The notes under the pieces were generated by a model, which had not been told where the DNA came from, made no database searches, and worked only from the letters and a program-made list of their open reading frames with translations. 53,315 nucleotides of DNA from an uncultured Aminicenantes bacterium (lineage in GTDB: Bacteria; Acidobacteriota; Aminicenantia; UBA2199). Both the position numbers and the translations under genes were made by a program. Below, one piece after another: positions 37,045 to 47,283 of the stretch. Every line of letters starts with the position of its first letter. Within the stretch, counting starts at the first letter, position 1. The DNA lies in contig CBDAFS010000045.1 of assembly GCA_965195285.1 (NCBI GenBank), positions 1 to 53,315 of the forward strand, written 5' to 3'.

Positions 37045-37836
37045 CTATCCCTTTATAAAAATCCCCTCTTTAAGACGGCCAAAACCATCAAAGGCACGGC
37101 CGGAGGAAAACACCAATACCAGGTAAGTAGAGACCGTGGAGGTTACAAAGATGGCCACCATGATCATGATCTGGTACTGAATAGCCACCAGGGGTGAAGC
37201 TCCGCCCAGAATTTGGCCGGTCATCATGCCGGGCAGAGACACCAGTCCCATGGTGGCCACGGTGGCAATATAGGGGGATATGGCTGCTTTTATAGCTTCA
37301 GCCATGAATGGCTTCAGGGCTTCATTGACCGATGCTCCCATGGAAATATAGAAAATGTATTCATCCTGCCGCTTGGAAATCGAGTGGTAAAACCGGTCCA
37401 GTGAGATGATATTTCCACGGAGGATATTACCCAGAATCATCCCTCCCAGTGGAATAAGATACCTGGCCGATAACAGGACCCGGATATCGAAGAGTATGAA
37501 GAAGGTCAAAAAAATGAAAATGATACTGATCAAATAGGCTGGCATGGTGGAGAAATAAAAGACCTTGAACTTCAACCCGCTCTGCCTGACAATGGCCTGA
37601 TTGGCCACCAGGATCATGATGGCAATCCACAAACCGTTGATCAGGGGATTGTTTAGCTCGAAGATGTATTCCAGGTAAACCGCTACAAATCCAAGCTGAA
37701 CCACCATGCGGATGACGGCAATGATCAAGCGTTTTATCAGCTTGATCCGCAAATACATGAATATGAGGATGGGAATGACAATCAGCAGCAGGTAAAAAAA
37801 CAGATTCAGATAGGATATTTTGGATGCACCCATCAT
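37045..37836 (-). CDS. fetB: ABC permease, UPF0014/FetB family
   Basis: RM.VQL, GLVSLPGMMTGQILGG.SP..A..YQI. Confidence 0.85.
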   Translation of the reverse strand: MMGASKISYLNLFFYLLLIVIPILIFMYLRIKLIKRLIIAVIRMVVQLGFVAVYLEYIFELNNPLINGLWIAIMILVANQAIVRQSGLKFKVFYFSTMPAYLISIIFIFLTFFILFDIRVLLSARYLIPLGGMILGNILRGNIISLDRFYHSISKRQDEYIFYISMGASVNEALKPFMAEAIKAAISPYIATVATMGLVSLPGMMTGQILGGASPLVAIQYQIMIMVAIFVTSTVSTYLVLVFSSGRAFDGFGRLKEGIFIKG

Positions 37837-38480
37837 GAAATACTCCGGTCCCTGAAAATGCGGCCCTTTTTCATTTCAATCACCCGGTCGGAGAATTTCT
37901 TCCATTCGGCATGGTGCGAGATGGAGATGACGGTTCTCTTCTTATTCCGGGTGATCAGTTCAATGGCCCGGGCAATATTCCTTTTATCCAGGGATGCAGT
38001 CACCTCGTCGAATATATAAATCGGCTTATTCAGCCGTAATATCTGGAGGATGAGCAGCCGTTGTTTTTCCCCCACGGAAAGATCGTTATATCTCTTTTCC
38101 AGTACGGAATCATCGAAATTGAGGGTCTCAATCAACTTGGTGATTTGTTCTTGATTGAAGCGAAGCTGCTGGTTGGATTTGTAACGGAAAGGGATCTTGA
38201 AAAAATCAACCACCGATTCATCCAGATTGGGGGTGACCTGGCCGATATAACCGATATGACTTCGGAAACCAATCAGGTTATGCTCCCCTACTTTCTGATT
38301 TTGGAAGGAAATGGTTCCGGAAAACCGCTCAAAAAACAAGATCGATTTAATCAGGGTGGATTTTCCACTGCCCGATTCACCCTGGATCAGGATTTTTTCT
38401 CCGGGACGGATGGTCAGGTTGATGCCGGAGATGATGGACTTGCCTTTTTTGATTACCTTCAAATCTTGAACTTCAATCAA
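37833..38480 (-). CDS. ABC ATP-binding protein (FetA-like)
   Basis: GESGSGKST, LSVGEKQR, FDE.TASLD. Confidence 0.85.
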   Translation of the reverse strand: MIEVQDLKVIKKGKSIISGINLTIRPGEKILIQGESGSGKSTLIKSILFFERFSGTISFQNQKVGEHNLIGFRSHIGYIGQVTPNLDESVVDFFKIPFRYKSNQQLRFNQEQITKLIETLNFDDSVLEKRYNDLSVGEKQRLLILQILRLNKPIYIFDEVTASLDKRNIARAIELITRNKKRTVISISHHAEWKKFSDRVIEMKKGRIFRDRSIS

Positions 38481-38610
38481 TATTTACCTCAAAGCGAAAC
38501 AGTTACGGTATCAGATCAATTATACACCGCTCCCGGTTTGAAATCCAGATATTTGTTCATTGGAAATCAATCTGTTGAATGAATGCGGGGAATGAGTTAC
38601 AGAATGCGCT

Positions 38611-38730
38611 TAAATCCGAAGTACGAATGTTAAAAATACAAATTCAAGAAACAAACAAATATAAATAATATTTTTAGATTTGGGACATTTGAATTTGTTT
38701 CGGATTTCGGTATTCGAATTTCGGATTTGA
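38611..38730. repeat. Imperfect long inverted repeat built from TCCGAA/TTCGGA-type heptamers
   Basis: AAATCCGAAGTACGAA...CAAATTCAA vs TTGAATTTG...TTCGAATTTCGGATTT. Confidence 0.65.
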
Positions 38731-38755
38731 ATTCATATAGAGTAAAATCTATTGA

Positions 38756-38784
38756 TTGACAGGTTAGCGGGATTTTGATAAAAT
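38756..38784 (+). promoter_or_regulatory. sigma70 promoter of tRNA-Ser
   Basis: TTGACA-17-(TG-n)TAAAAT, 10 nt before the tRNA. Confidence 0.7.
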
Positions 38785-38794
38785 CAGGCTTCCC

Positions 38795-38881
38795 GGAGGG
38801 ATGGCAGAGCGGTTGAATGCGGCGGTCTTGAAAACCGTTGACCCTTTACCGGGTCCCGGGGTTCGAATCCCTGTCCCTCCG
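38795..38881 (+). tRNA. tRNA-Ser (anticodon UGA), CCA not encoded
   Basis: GGAGGGA acceptor / TCCCTCC, anticodon arm GCGGT-CTTGAAA-ACCGT, long variable arm, GGTTCGAATCC. Confidence 0.95.
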
Positions 38882-38947
38882 TTTAACAAAATCATGCCAT
38901 CTGGTATGATTTTGTTAAATTCTGGGTACTTGATGAGAATCCACAAT

Positions 38948-39048
38948 GGGTTCGATAAAATTGAAACGTTCAATTTTAGAACGTGAGTGAAACGAGCGGC
39001 CCCAAAGGGGTTGACGTCATCAGGCGTCAATCCATCCCTGTCCCTCCG
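38948..39048 (+). repeat. tRNA-Ser 3'-end duplicate with a hairpin-rich insert in the T-loop
   Basis: GGGTTCGA + about 78 nt of hairpins + ATCCCTGTCCCTCCG (identical to 38867-38881). Confidence 0.7.
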
Positions 39049-39608
39049 GTATGTACCATACGGTACATACCTCCGCCATAAAACCCTCTCCCATAAAGCG
39101 TTTCCAGGTTTGGTGTTTTCACTCCCCTACTCTATTGTCAGAAAAAAACCGTTGACCTTTCCCGCTTTTTTCCCGCATGAAAAAACCTTAAAAGCCCATT
39201 ATCCTCTCTGGGACTGCAGAATCAGCTTTCTCGTTCCCGCATTTTTCCCGCATAAAATAATTCCGGTTTTCAGACATTTCAATTTCAGAGGCATATTTTT
39301 TACTGAAGATATTTTTTAAAATGCGAGAAATAGACGAGAACGCGCGATCTTTTTTTCACTATAACTGACATATTCATCAAAACAAAAATCATAATGACGT
39401 TGGCAACGTTTTATTGTTTTAGCAAAAAGGGTTGTGAAAATAATGACACTTAGAACATCATTCATAGACGAAAATAAAGCCTCAGAAACGATTCTCCGCA
39501 ATCCTGGAAGGTATATTTATAATGAATGAAGTGCCCTTCCCCAACCATCCATTACGCACCTCTTCTATCCCACCTGTCGTATGTGACACTTGACTATATT
39601 GGTGCTAA

Positions 39609-39661
39609 AGAGCGCTTGATTCGTAATCAAAAGGTCCCCAGTTCGACTCTGGGCATCGGCT
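39609..39661 (+). pseudogene. 3' fragment of tRNA-Thr(CGU), probable att remnant
   Basis: AGAGCG-CTTGA-TTCGTAA-TCAAA-AGGTC-CCCAG-TTCGACT-CTGGG-CATCGGC; 5' acceptor strand missing. Confidence 0.7.
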
Positions 39662-39755
39662 TCTCCCTACTTTTGTGACCATAATTAACCACATTTAACC
39701 ATATTGAACAGTATTATAATGGATTAGATGTAACGATATGGCTCTACAGTGGTGA

Positions 39756-40050
39756 TTAGCAGTCTGTAGCAGCTGCGCGGGCGCGGTTGAGAGAGATGTA
39801 GTCACGTCTGTATCGTTCTTCCTGGATGTATTGAAATGCGGCGAAGATTACGCTGAGGACGCCGAAGATAGTAGAGATGGACACCACGGCACAGAGATGG
39901 TCTTTCTGCTCTGATATGACCCCGAGAAATACGATGATTGCCAGGAAGAAAACCATCAATCCGATCACAGCGAGTACTGCTACATAGTGTGCTGAGTGAG
40001 TATAGCCATCCTTTCTGTATGTCTCCTTTCTGACGTGAACGTCACACGTG
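39756..40050 (-). CDS. Possible 2-TM cassette-type ORF (start uncertain, may be degraded)
   Basis: Two hydrophobic helices, GC-richer than flanks, directly follows an attC-like site. Confidence 0.35.
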
Positions 40051-40052
40051 AG

Positions 40053-40111
40053 GCTCAACATGATCCGAGTTCGCGCGGCTTTTGTGGTCCGCTGCAAAAG
40101 CCTTGTTAGAG
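40053..40111 (-). other. Degenerate 59-bp attC site
   Basis: Minus strand CTCTAAC AAGGC TTTTGCAGCGGAC...GCCGCGCGAACTCGGATCAT GTTGAGC (R''-like end and GTTRRRY). Confidence 0.55.
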
Positions 40112-40447
40112 GCATTATTCGTATGCGGTTAATTAACCGCATACTTTTCAACTTCTTTTTATAGTTGATTCAGCATCGATGCGGGGTAAATATTCTGTGA
40201 CATCTAATTATGGAATTAGTTCTTACCCTTCTTCAAAAAGTAAGTAGGAATATATTTTTAAAAAATATCTTACTTTTTGTGATTCCTATTATTTGTAAAA
40301 AAATTGTTAAATCATTTTACAAATAAATTAAAATCACTAGGTCTAAATGCTGGCTTGAATCAATAAAAATTGAAAATAAATTATAGATATGATAGAAAGT
40401 TATCATAGAATTTAAAACATTCCATTTTAGGAGGTCATGAGGAATCA

Positions 40448-41257
40448 ATGGAGAAAAATAATTTATTATATCATAGTGAGTCAATTGTCCGGCAAGGAGC
40501 AGTGTTAAAATTAGAGGATCAGAAATTACTTGCAGAAATTGCTCTATATGATAAAGATTCAGATGTTCGCGAAACCGCAGTGAAAAAATTAAAGGATCAG
40601 AAATTACTTACAAGAATTGCTAAAAATGATAAAGATAAATTTGTCCGCAACGAAGCGGCTTGTAAATTAGAGGACCAAGAAATTTTAGCCGATATTGCGA
40701 AAAATGATGGCTATTGTGAGATCCGAATGAATACAATCCATAAATTAGACCCTACCAAATGCCAGGAAGTTTTGGCTGACATAGCTAAATATGATGAAGA
40801 TAAAAATATTCGAATATCCGCAATGGATAAATTAGATCCTGGAAAATGGCAGGATTTGTTAGCCAATATTGCGAAAAAAGATCCTCATAGTTATGTCCGC
40901 GAAGAAGCAGTTAAAAAATTAGATCCCAAGAAATGGCAAAAGGTTTTCTTTAAAATTGCTAAAAGAGAAAAAGATGAGTATGTCCGGCGATGTGCAGTGG
41001 AAAAATTAGAGGATCAGAAATTACTAACAAGAATTGCTAAAAATGATAAAGCAAGATCTGTTCGAGTAGCGGCGTATTGGAAATTGGGGAACCAAATGTA
41101 TATTGCCGATGTTGCCAAAAATGATGAAGATGAATTTGTCCGCCGATATGCAGTGCAGAAATTAGAAGATCAGAAATTACTTGCAGACATTGCTGAAAAT
41201 GATGAACATAAAGATGTACGTGAAACAGCAGAAAAAAGACTGAAGGAAATAAAATAA
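40448..41257 (+). CDS. HEAT-like tandem repeat protein (about 25-31-aa units)
   Basis: Repeated KLEDQKLL..IAKND.D..VR..AV; DNA-level repeats AAATTAGAGGATCAGAAATTAC. Confidence 0.85.
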   Translation: MEKNNLLYHSESIVRQGAVLKLEDQKLLAEIALYDKDSDVRETAVKKLKDQKLLTRIAKNDKDKFVRNEAACKLEDQEILADIAKNDGYCEIRMNTIHKLDPTKCQEVLADIAKYDEDKNIRISAMDKLDPGKWQDLLANIAKKDPHSYVREEAVKKLDPKKWQKVFFKIAKREKDEYVRRCAVEKLEDQKLLTRIAKNDKARSVRVAAYWKLGNQMYIADVAKNDEDEFVRRYAVQKLEDQKLLADIAENDEHKDVRETAEKRLKEIK

Positions 41258-41281
41258 AAGTATACATTTTTTAGACATGTG

Positions 41282-42226
41282 CTAACGTTTTTTGAGCTCA
41301 TTAAGTACTTCCATAGCTACTTCTTTTACTTCTCCTTTTGTACCCCAAAAATCTTTGTACTGATTCTCCAATAAATTTTCAAGTACTGGAATTGCATTTT
41401 TACCAAGCTTTCCTATAAGGCTAAGTGCAGTCTCTTTAGCTTTATTAGCCTGATGAGTATAATTGCTGGATCCCTTCCAGCCTTCGCATTCCTTTTCCAC
41501 CCAGTCAAGAGTTTCACTAACATCTCCAGAGTCACTCAGACCAGCTTTTTCAAGTTCCCTTAAAACCCATTCATGTTCTAGATAATCATTATGTGGAATA
41601 CAAATCAAGGCTAATCTCATTAAGGAAGGTGCAGCGGGTGGACCTATTTTAGATAACATAATAAGCTTCTTCTCAAAATTAAACCGATTCCCTAAATTAG
41701 ATACTGAGGCAGCTTCTAAATTCTGTATAATAGTGTTGATTTCATCCTTGGACAATATAGTTTTTTTCTTGTTCGAGACAGAATATTTTTCAGCTAAAAC
41801 CTCCATTGCATCCTCTAAAGAATTTTTCGCTATCCAGTCTTTTTCTACTGCAAAGGCTCTCTGCACAAATGGGAATGTTCTGGCAGCATCGTTCCCTATC
41901 TGTTTGAGAGCTTCAGCTGCGGCTGATCGAGCATAATTATAAGAATCAGTCAGGCACTTCTCCAAGGCCGAAACAATATCCGAACTTTTTGCTTCAATAG
42001 ATTTAATGGCCATGAGGCATTTAAGTCGGACATACTGGTTGGAATCTCCTGTACCCTTGATGAGTGTATTAATAATTATTTGAGAATCAGCACCCTCTTT
42101 GAGGGCTTTTAGGCCTAACTTGTCGATGATTTTTGCGCCTTTGCATCGGGTTTCAGAATCATTACTATTCAGTTTATTTAAAGCTCTTTGTATTTTTGAG
42201 GTCCTTGTCCAAAAAATAATGCTCAT
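41282..42226 (-). CDS. HEAT-repeat protein
   Basis: D.N.YVR...L.AI, D....ARSAAAEAL..IG; AGGAG RBS. Confidence 0.75.
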   Translation of the reverse strand: MSIIFWTRTSKIQRALNKLNSNDSETRCKGAKIIDKLGLKALKEGADSQIIINTLIKGTGDSNQYVRLKCLMAIKSIEAKSSDIVSALEKCLTDSYNYARSAAAEALKQIGNDAARTFPFVQRAFAVEKDWIAKNSLEDAMEVLAEKYSVSNKKKTILSKDEINTIIQNLEAASVSNLGNRFNFEKKLIMLSKIGPPAAPSLMRLALICIPHNDYLEHEWVLRELEKAGLSDSGDVSETLDWVEKECEGWKGSSNYTHQANKAKETALSLIGKLGKNAIPVLENLLENQYKDFWGTKGEVKEVAMEVLNELKKR

Positions 42227-42326
42227 TTTGTCAAGACTCCTATTATTTTTTCTTTATTTCTTTTATCTTTTTTCGTAAGCGCAACTTTTAAAGTATCTAA
42301 AAACTTATGATACAGAATTGAAAATT

Positions 42327-42533
42327 TTATTTCAAGTCTACTTTTGAGATATTCATGGGTAATAAATTAAACACATCCTCAGAGGTTTTGGCATACGGAA
42401 ACTTTTCAAATAAATATCGAAGGTATTTTGATGGTTCTAAGCCGTTTGCTTTTGCCGTCTCAATCAGGCTATAAAATGAGGCACTGGCCCTGACTCCTTC
42501 AGGTGCCACTGAATATAGCCAGTTCTTTCTTTA
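42327..42533 (-). pseudogene. IS66 transposase C-terminal remnant
   Basis: RKNWLYS..PEG..ASA.FYSLIETAKANGLEP..YL.YLFE..P. Confidence 0.85.
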
Positions 42534-42855
42534 ATAAAAAAGCTACGGTAAAACATTTATTTCATCTACTAAAGTCACCAATAAAAGCCCTCAAAACACT
42601 CCTGAATCCACCAGAAGCGACGATCTCTTCTATGGTATGGATATGGGCATATATGGTTGATAAAATGCCTATAACGCCTATATTCCTGGATAATGTGGCG
42701 GATACGCCCATTTTTGCCTTACCATATTTCTCTGGCCACCTGCTGCCCTTTTTGGATTCAGTGGGCAATGGTGTCCTTAGACATATTCTTTGACCTTTTT
42801 TAGCCCTATATGTTGACAATCTGGGCTGAATCGGTTAAACATTAAGCAAATAGCC

Positions 42856-45756
42856 ATGAGCAAAACCTTCGAACAGGGACGAGAAGATATAGCCAAATTA
42901 TGCCGGTACTTTGCCACCAACAAAAAGGCATTTTTTGCTCCTGGGATCAAAGAAGCTCATGTCCGCCAAAGTTTGATCGATCCTTTTTTCGAAGCTCTGG
43001 GTTGGGACGTGCGAAACTCAGCCATGACTGCTCCCCAATATCGCGAAGTCGTTCCTGAGGACAGTTTAGAGATCGAGGGGCATCAAAAAGCTCCGGATTA
43101 CACCTTCCGTGTCGGGACTCTCCCAAAGTTTTATGCGGAAGCCAAAAAATGCGGTATTAATATCCATGCTGATCCCGGGCCGGCCTACCAATTGCGCCGT
43201 TATGGCTGGAGTGCCAAAGTGGCTCTCTCTATCTTGACTGATTTCGAAGAATTGGCCGTGTATGACTGTTCACTTAGGCCACGCCAATCAGATAAAGCTG
43301 GTTATAGCAGAATCCAGTATTTTCGAAATGAGGAATACCCAGACCGATGGAAGGAAATATGGGAGATCTTCTCACGTGAGGCTGTTTGGTCAGGTGCATT
43401 TGATAAATTTTCAGCCTCAAAGCGCAAACGAGGTACCTCTGAAGTTGATAATGAATTTCTGAAGGAAATTGAGGGTTGGCGTGATTCTCTGGCCCGTAAC
43501 ATAGCTTTGCGCAATCAATTTCTTGGTCCTGACGATTTAAACAAAGTTGTACACCATACCATTGACCGAATTATTTTCCTACGAATGGCTGAAGACAGAG
43601 GCATCGAACCTTATGGTCAATTGCTTAAGCTCTGTGAACAACCAAAAATTTACTCGCGTTTTATGAGCAAGTTATGCCGCATGGCGGATGAAAAATATAA
43701 TTCCGGCCTATTTCATTTTCGTAAAGAGGAAGACATATCCGAGTCTCCTGATTTGCTTTCTCCAAAACTCACAATCGATGACAAGGTGTTCAAGCCCATC
43801 TTGCAGAGTCTTTATTTTGAACATGGCTCTCCTTACCATTTCGGTGTCCTACCAGTGGAAATTCTGGGGACCGTATATGAGCGATTCCTGGGAAAAGTTA
43901 TCCGCTTAACTACAGAACATCGTGCCAAAGTTGAAGAGAAGCCCGAAGTGCGCAAAGCCGGCGGAGTTTACTATACGCCTGCCTACATTGTCGATTATAT
44001 TGTTAAAAACACGGTTGGCAAGTTAATAGAGAGCAAAAGTCCTGCCCAGCTTGCAGGTGGTAAAAACGGTCAACCATTACGGATATTGGACATGGCCTGC
44101 GGCTCAGGATCTTTCCTTTTAGGAGCTTTCCAGTGCCTGCTTGATCACTGCCAGAAATGGTATGAAGAACATAAACCGGAAAAATTCAAAAATGAAATAT
44201 ACAAGAGCCGCCGAGGCGAATGGCAGTTAACAATTGCTGAGAAAAAGCGCATCCTTACTACACATATCTTTGGTGTGGACATTGATCCCCAGGCGGTTGA
44301 GGTTTCGAAGCTGTCATTGTTGCTTAAGGTCATGGAAGGTGAAACTGATGAGACAATAGGCAAAACGCGTATGTTGTTCCAAGAGAGAGCTCTGCCAAAC
44401 CTCTCTGCTAACACTAAATGTGGAAACTCCCTGATCGGTCCAGATTATTTCTCAAGCAAACTGATAACTGATCCTGATGAAATGAGACGAATAAATCCCT
44501 TTGATTGGGATTATGAATTCCCCAAGGCAATGAAATCTGGTGGCTTCGATTGTGTGATTGGTAATCCGCCCTATGGATACATGATCTCTGATAAAGAACA
44601 AGAATATTTCTCAATAAAGTACAAATATCAAGATTATCAGAAGGATTTATATTTATTATTCCTGGAACGTTATAGCAGAATTTTAAAGATTACGGGATTA
44701 CTTGGAGTAATTGTTTCCAACACTTGGTTACAATCAATTACATATAAAAATATCCGATATTATTTAACTAATGAATTTTTTTGGCTAAAAATTCTACACC
44801 TAACAGAAAAAGTTTTTAAGGCCGTTGTTGATACTCATGTTCTTATATTTGAGCGAGTTCCAGGATTTATTCCAAAGAATGAAAAATTAATAGTCGAAGT
44901 TAAAAACAATACAGGAGTAAGGCCTTTGCATTCACTTTTTTTGAAGGGTATCCCAAGAAATGGAGATCCAATAAATATAGTAGCACCTGAGGCTGTTCAG
45001 AATTTATTTCGAAAAATTCGAAATAAATCTCGTCCTCTTTCAGAATTTTGCGACGTTTATAATGGAATAAAACCCTTTGAAAAAGGTAAGGGAATACCTC
45101 CTCAAACTGATGAAATCGTGAAAGATAAACCATATGTGAAAAAGGACTTAAAACCAAATAATAAATGGTCTCCATTACTACGTGGAAGTCTTATAAACCG
45201 ATATCAGAATCTATGGAATAATAATTATTGGATTCTTTATGGAGAATGGCTGGCAGCTCCACGTGATGTAGAGATTTTTAAAGCACCTAGCAAAATTGTT
45301 GTAAGACAAACTGGGGATTCAATTATAGCAGTAATATCAGATGATTCTTTCTTTGCAAGAAATAATCTGCATATTATATTACCGAAATCAAATGATTATG
45401 ATTTGAATTACATATTGGCAATAATCAATTCCTCATTAATTGAATTCTACTATTCAATAATGAATCCTGAAAAAGGAGAGGCACTAGCGGAAGTTAAAAA
45501 ACATCATGTCGAAGAACTCCCAATCCGTCCTATTGATCCCACCATTTTAAAAGATAAATCTATCCATGATAAACTTGTATTGATTGTTTCCTCAATTATC
45601 GACCTTCATAAAAAACTTCAACTCACCCACAATGAGCGTGAAAAAACTATTATCCAGCGTCAGATTGATGCCACTGATCGCAAAATTGATAACCTTGTTT
45701 ATGAATTGTTCGGATTGAAAGAAGATGAAATAAAAATTGTTGAGCAATTTGATTAG
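42856..45756 (+). CDS. Type IIG restriction-modification fusion (REase + m6A MTase + TaqI-like TRD)
   Basis: PDY.F...FYAEAKK nuclease, GVYYTP, ILDMACGSGSFL, GNPPY, C-terminal ID..VYELFGL. Confidence 0.92.
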   Translation: MSKTFEQGREDIAKLCRYFATNKKAFFAPGIKEAHVRQSLIDPFFEALGWDVRNSAMTAPQYREVVPEDSLEIEGHQKAPDYTFRVGTLPKFYAEAKKCGINIHADPGPAYQLRRYGWSAKVALSILTDFEELAVYDCSLRPRQSDKAGYSRIQYFRNEEYPDRWKEIWEIFSREAVWSGAFDKFSASKRKRGTSEVDNEFLKEIEGWRDSLARNIALRNQFLGPDDLNKVVHHTIDRIIFLRMAEDRGIEPYGQLLKLCEQPKIYSRFMSKLCRMADEKYNSGLFHFRKEEDISESPDLLSPKLTIDDKVFKPILQSLYFEHGSPYHFGVLPVEILGTVYERFLGKVIRLTTEHRAKVEEKPEVRKAGGVYYTPAYIVDYIVKNTVGKLIESKSPAQLAGGKNGQPLRILDMACGSGSFLLGAFQCLLDHCQKWYEEHKPEKFKNEIYKSRRGEWQLTIAEKKRILTTHIFGVDIDPQAVEVSKLSLLLKVMEGETDETIGKTRMLFQERALPNLSANTKCGNSLIGPDYFSSKLITDPDEMRRINPFDWDYEFPKAMKSGGFDCVIGNPPYGYMISDKEQEYFSIKYKYQDYQKDLYLLFLERYSRILKITGLLGVIVSNTWLQSITYKNIRYYLTNEFFWLKILHLTEKVFKAVVDTHVLIFERVPGFIPKNEKLIVEVKNNTGVRPLHSLFLKGIPRNGDPINIVAPEAVQNLFRKIRNKSRPLSEFCDVYNGIKPFEKGKGIPPQTDEIVKDKPYVKKDLKPNNKWSPLLRGSLINRYQNLWNNNYWILYGEWLAAPRDVEIFKAPSKIVVRQTGDSIIAVISDDSFFARNNLHIILPKSNDYDLNYILAIINSSLIEFYYSIMNPEKGEALAEVKKHHVEELPIRPIDPTILKDKSIHDKLVLIVSSIIDLHKKLQLTHNEREKTIIQRQIDATDRKIDNLVYELFGLKEDEIKIVEQFD

Positions 45757-45816
45757 TCCAATTTAATCACTTTAACTCAATAAATTTATCGTCACCAGAG
45801 ATGTTTTCTCGAAATC

Positions 45817-46593
45817 TTAAACCATAATAAGTCCATTGAACTGATATTCATTATTTACACTTGTTTTAAATCCGTAAGTGTTGAGAAGATATTGATAACG
45901 CTCTTTTCCATAGAGTGGTTTTGGGGAGAGTATTGCGAGAGCCTCACCTTTGGATCTTTTTAATTCAGGATCGAGCAATAATGAGGTGCTCTCTACTTTT
46001 GAGTATAGCAGAGATTTTTTTATGTGAGTCTTGCGTTCACCAAACTCATTTATAAGTAACATCAACCCTTTTGGGCCACCCAGAATTACAGCATCAAGAA
46101 TTGGATAATTGCGAAACTCAGAGAATTCATAGTAAAAACACGGAAGAGATCCGCAATATCTATCATCGGCATCGGTTTCGCGCCAAAGATTCAGCTTAAC
46201 CTCTCCGTACAGTAAGTATCTAGATGCATCAAGTACATACTTCCAGTCATCGTTTAGACTCGAAATGAAAAGAATGCGAAGTGCTGTTTTTGGAGCAGGT
46301 GTATTCTGGAGTTGTTCGGTTGCTTCTCTCACTACTGATGAAAGTGCACTCCAAGGAACAACTTTACGGGATGATGATGCTAATCCCTTTGATTTAACCT
46401 CTTTTATTAGATCAATGTAATCTTTATGTGCCTCTTTCCCTTTTGCCTCTATAATGATCTCATCACTCCCATAGATAGCCTTCAGATCAGCACGCTTTTC
46501 TTTGTGTTTTTGCGATTCTGGTATTAGAGTTACAGAGTATCCCAAGTCCTTGAATAGTAACTTGGCATAAGTTTTAGAGTCTTCTTCACTCAT
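45817..46593 (-). CDS. Hypothetical PD-(D/E)XK-like protein
   Basis: LGY.V..IPE...KRADL...IIIEAKG. Confidence 0.6.
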   Translation of the reverse strand: MSEEDSKTYAKLLFKDLGYSVTLIPESQKHKEKRADLKAIYGSDEIIIEAKGKEAHKDYIDLIKEVKSKGLASSSRKVVPWSALSSVVREATEQLQNTPAPKTALRILFISSLNDDWKYVLDASRYLLYGEVKLNLWRETDADDRYCGSLPCFYYEFSEFRNYPILDAVILGGPKGLMLLINEFGERKTHIKKSLLYSKVESTSLLLDPELKRSKGEALAILSPKPLYGKERYQYLLNTYGFKTSVNNEYQFNGLIMV

Positions 46594-46858
46594 TGTCAGA
46601 ATAAAACAATCCTTCTAAATTATCTTTAAGCATTTGCAGAAGGAGATTCTATAATGTAAGCAAAGAATTTAAATTGAATATCAGACTTATTAGTCATCTC
46701 CCGCCTTATAAATGATGCTTACAAACTACTTGACTTAAAATTTTACCACAAATTAAACACATTTTAAATAATAATTCTATCTCAATTTTCTGGTATAAGT
46801 CTATGACAGGAACATAGCGCATATCGCCTATATTCCTGCATAATCCAAGGAGGATTAA

Positions 46859-47272
46859 ATGCAAAATGTATCAACAAGTGGGACCGGTCTGTCCCGAGGA
46901 AAACAGGCCAATGTTAAGGATCAGCAGCGGCTGGAAACACTTTTCCGGGCGGTTGACTTGATCAAAAGTGATCTCACCAAGTGCGGCAAAGGGCTGCCAG
47001 AGTCGCGGAAGCCGGTGTTTGAGTGTGGATCAGATTATTTTACCGTGCGGTTTAAAGAGAAGACTGTTCAGACAATACTGTACCGTTTCGATTTGGAACG
47101 GAAGGTACTGACCCGGCAGGTCAATCGGAAAAGGACTGAGACCGTGCTGGACTGTGTCAGCGATTTTTACATTACGTTCTTTCCGGAATCTAAATCAGTG
47201 TTATACCGAATTGAAGTGAATGGTCGCGAGAATATCCGAGGCTATATTTTTCTGGTCAACATGACCAATTAA
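46859..47272 (+). CDS. Hypothetical protein
   Basis: AAGGAGG RBS; first gene of a tight operon. Confidence 0.7.
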   Translation: MQNVSTSGTGLSRGKQANVKDQQRLETLFRAVDLIKSDLTKCGKGLPESRKPVFECGSDYFTVRFKEKTVQTILYRFDLERKVLTRQVNRKRTETVLDCVSDFYITFFPESKSVLYRIEVNGRENIRGYIFLVNMTN

Positions 47273-47283
47273 GGAGGTAAACC

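Noticed and set aside
38764-39319. ORFs overlapping tRNA-Ser and its downstream repeat
   Set aside because: Spurious translations of structured RNA/repeat sequence
42503-42819. Two overlapping ORFs upstream of the R-M gene as a controller (C) protein
   Set aside because: No HTH signature; probably intergenic or degraded sequence
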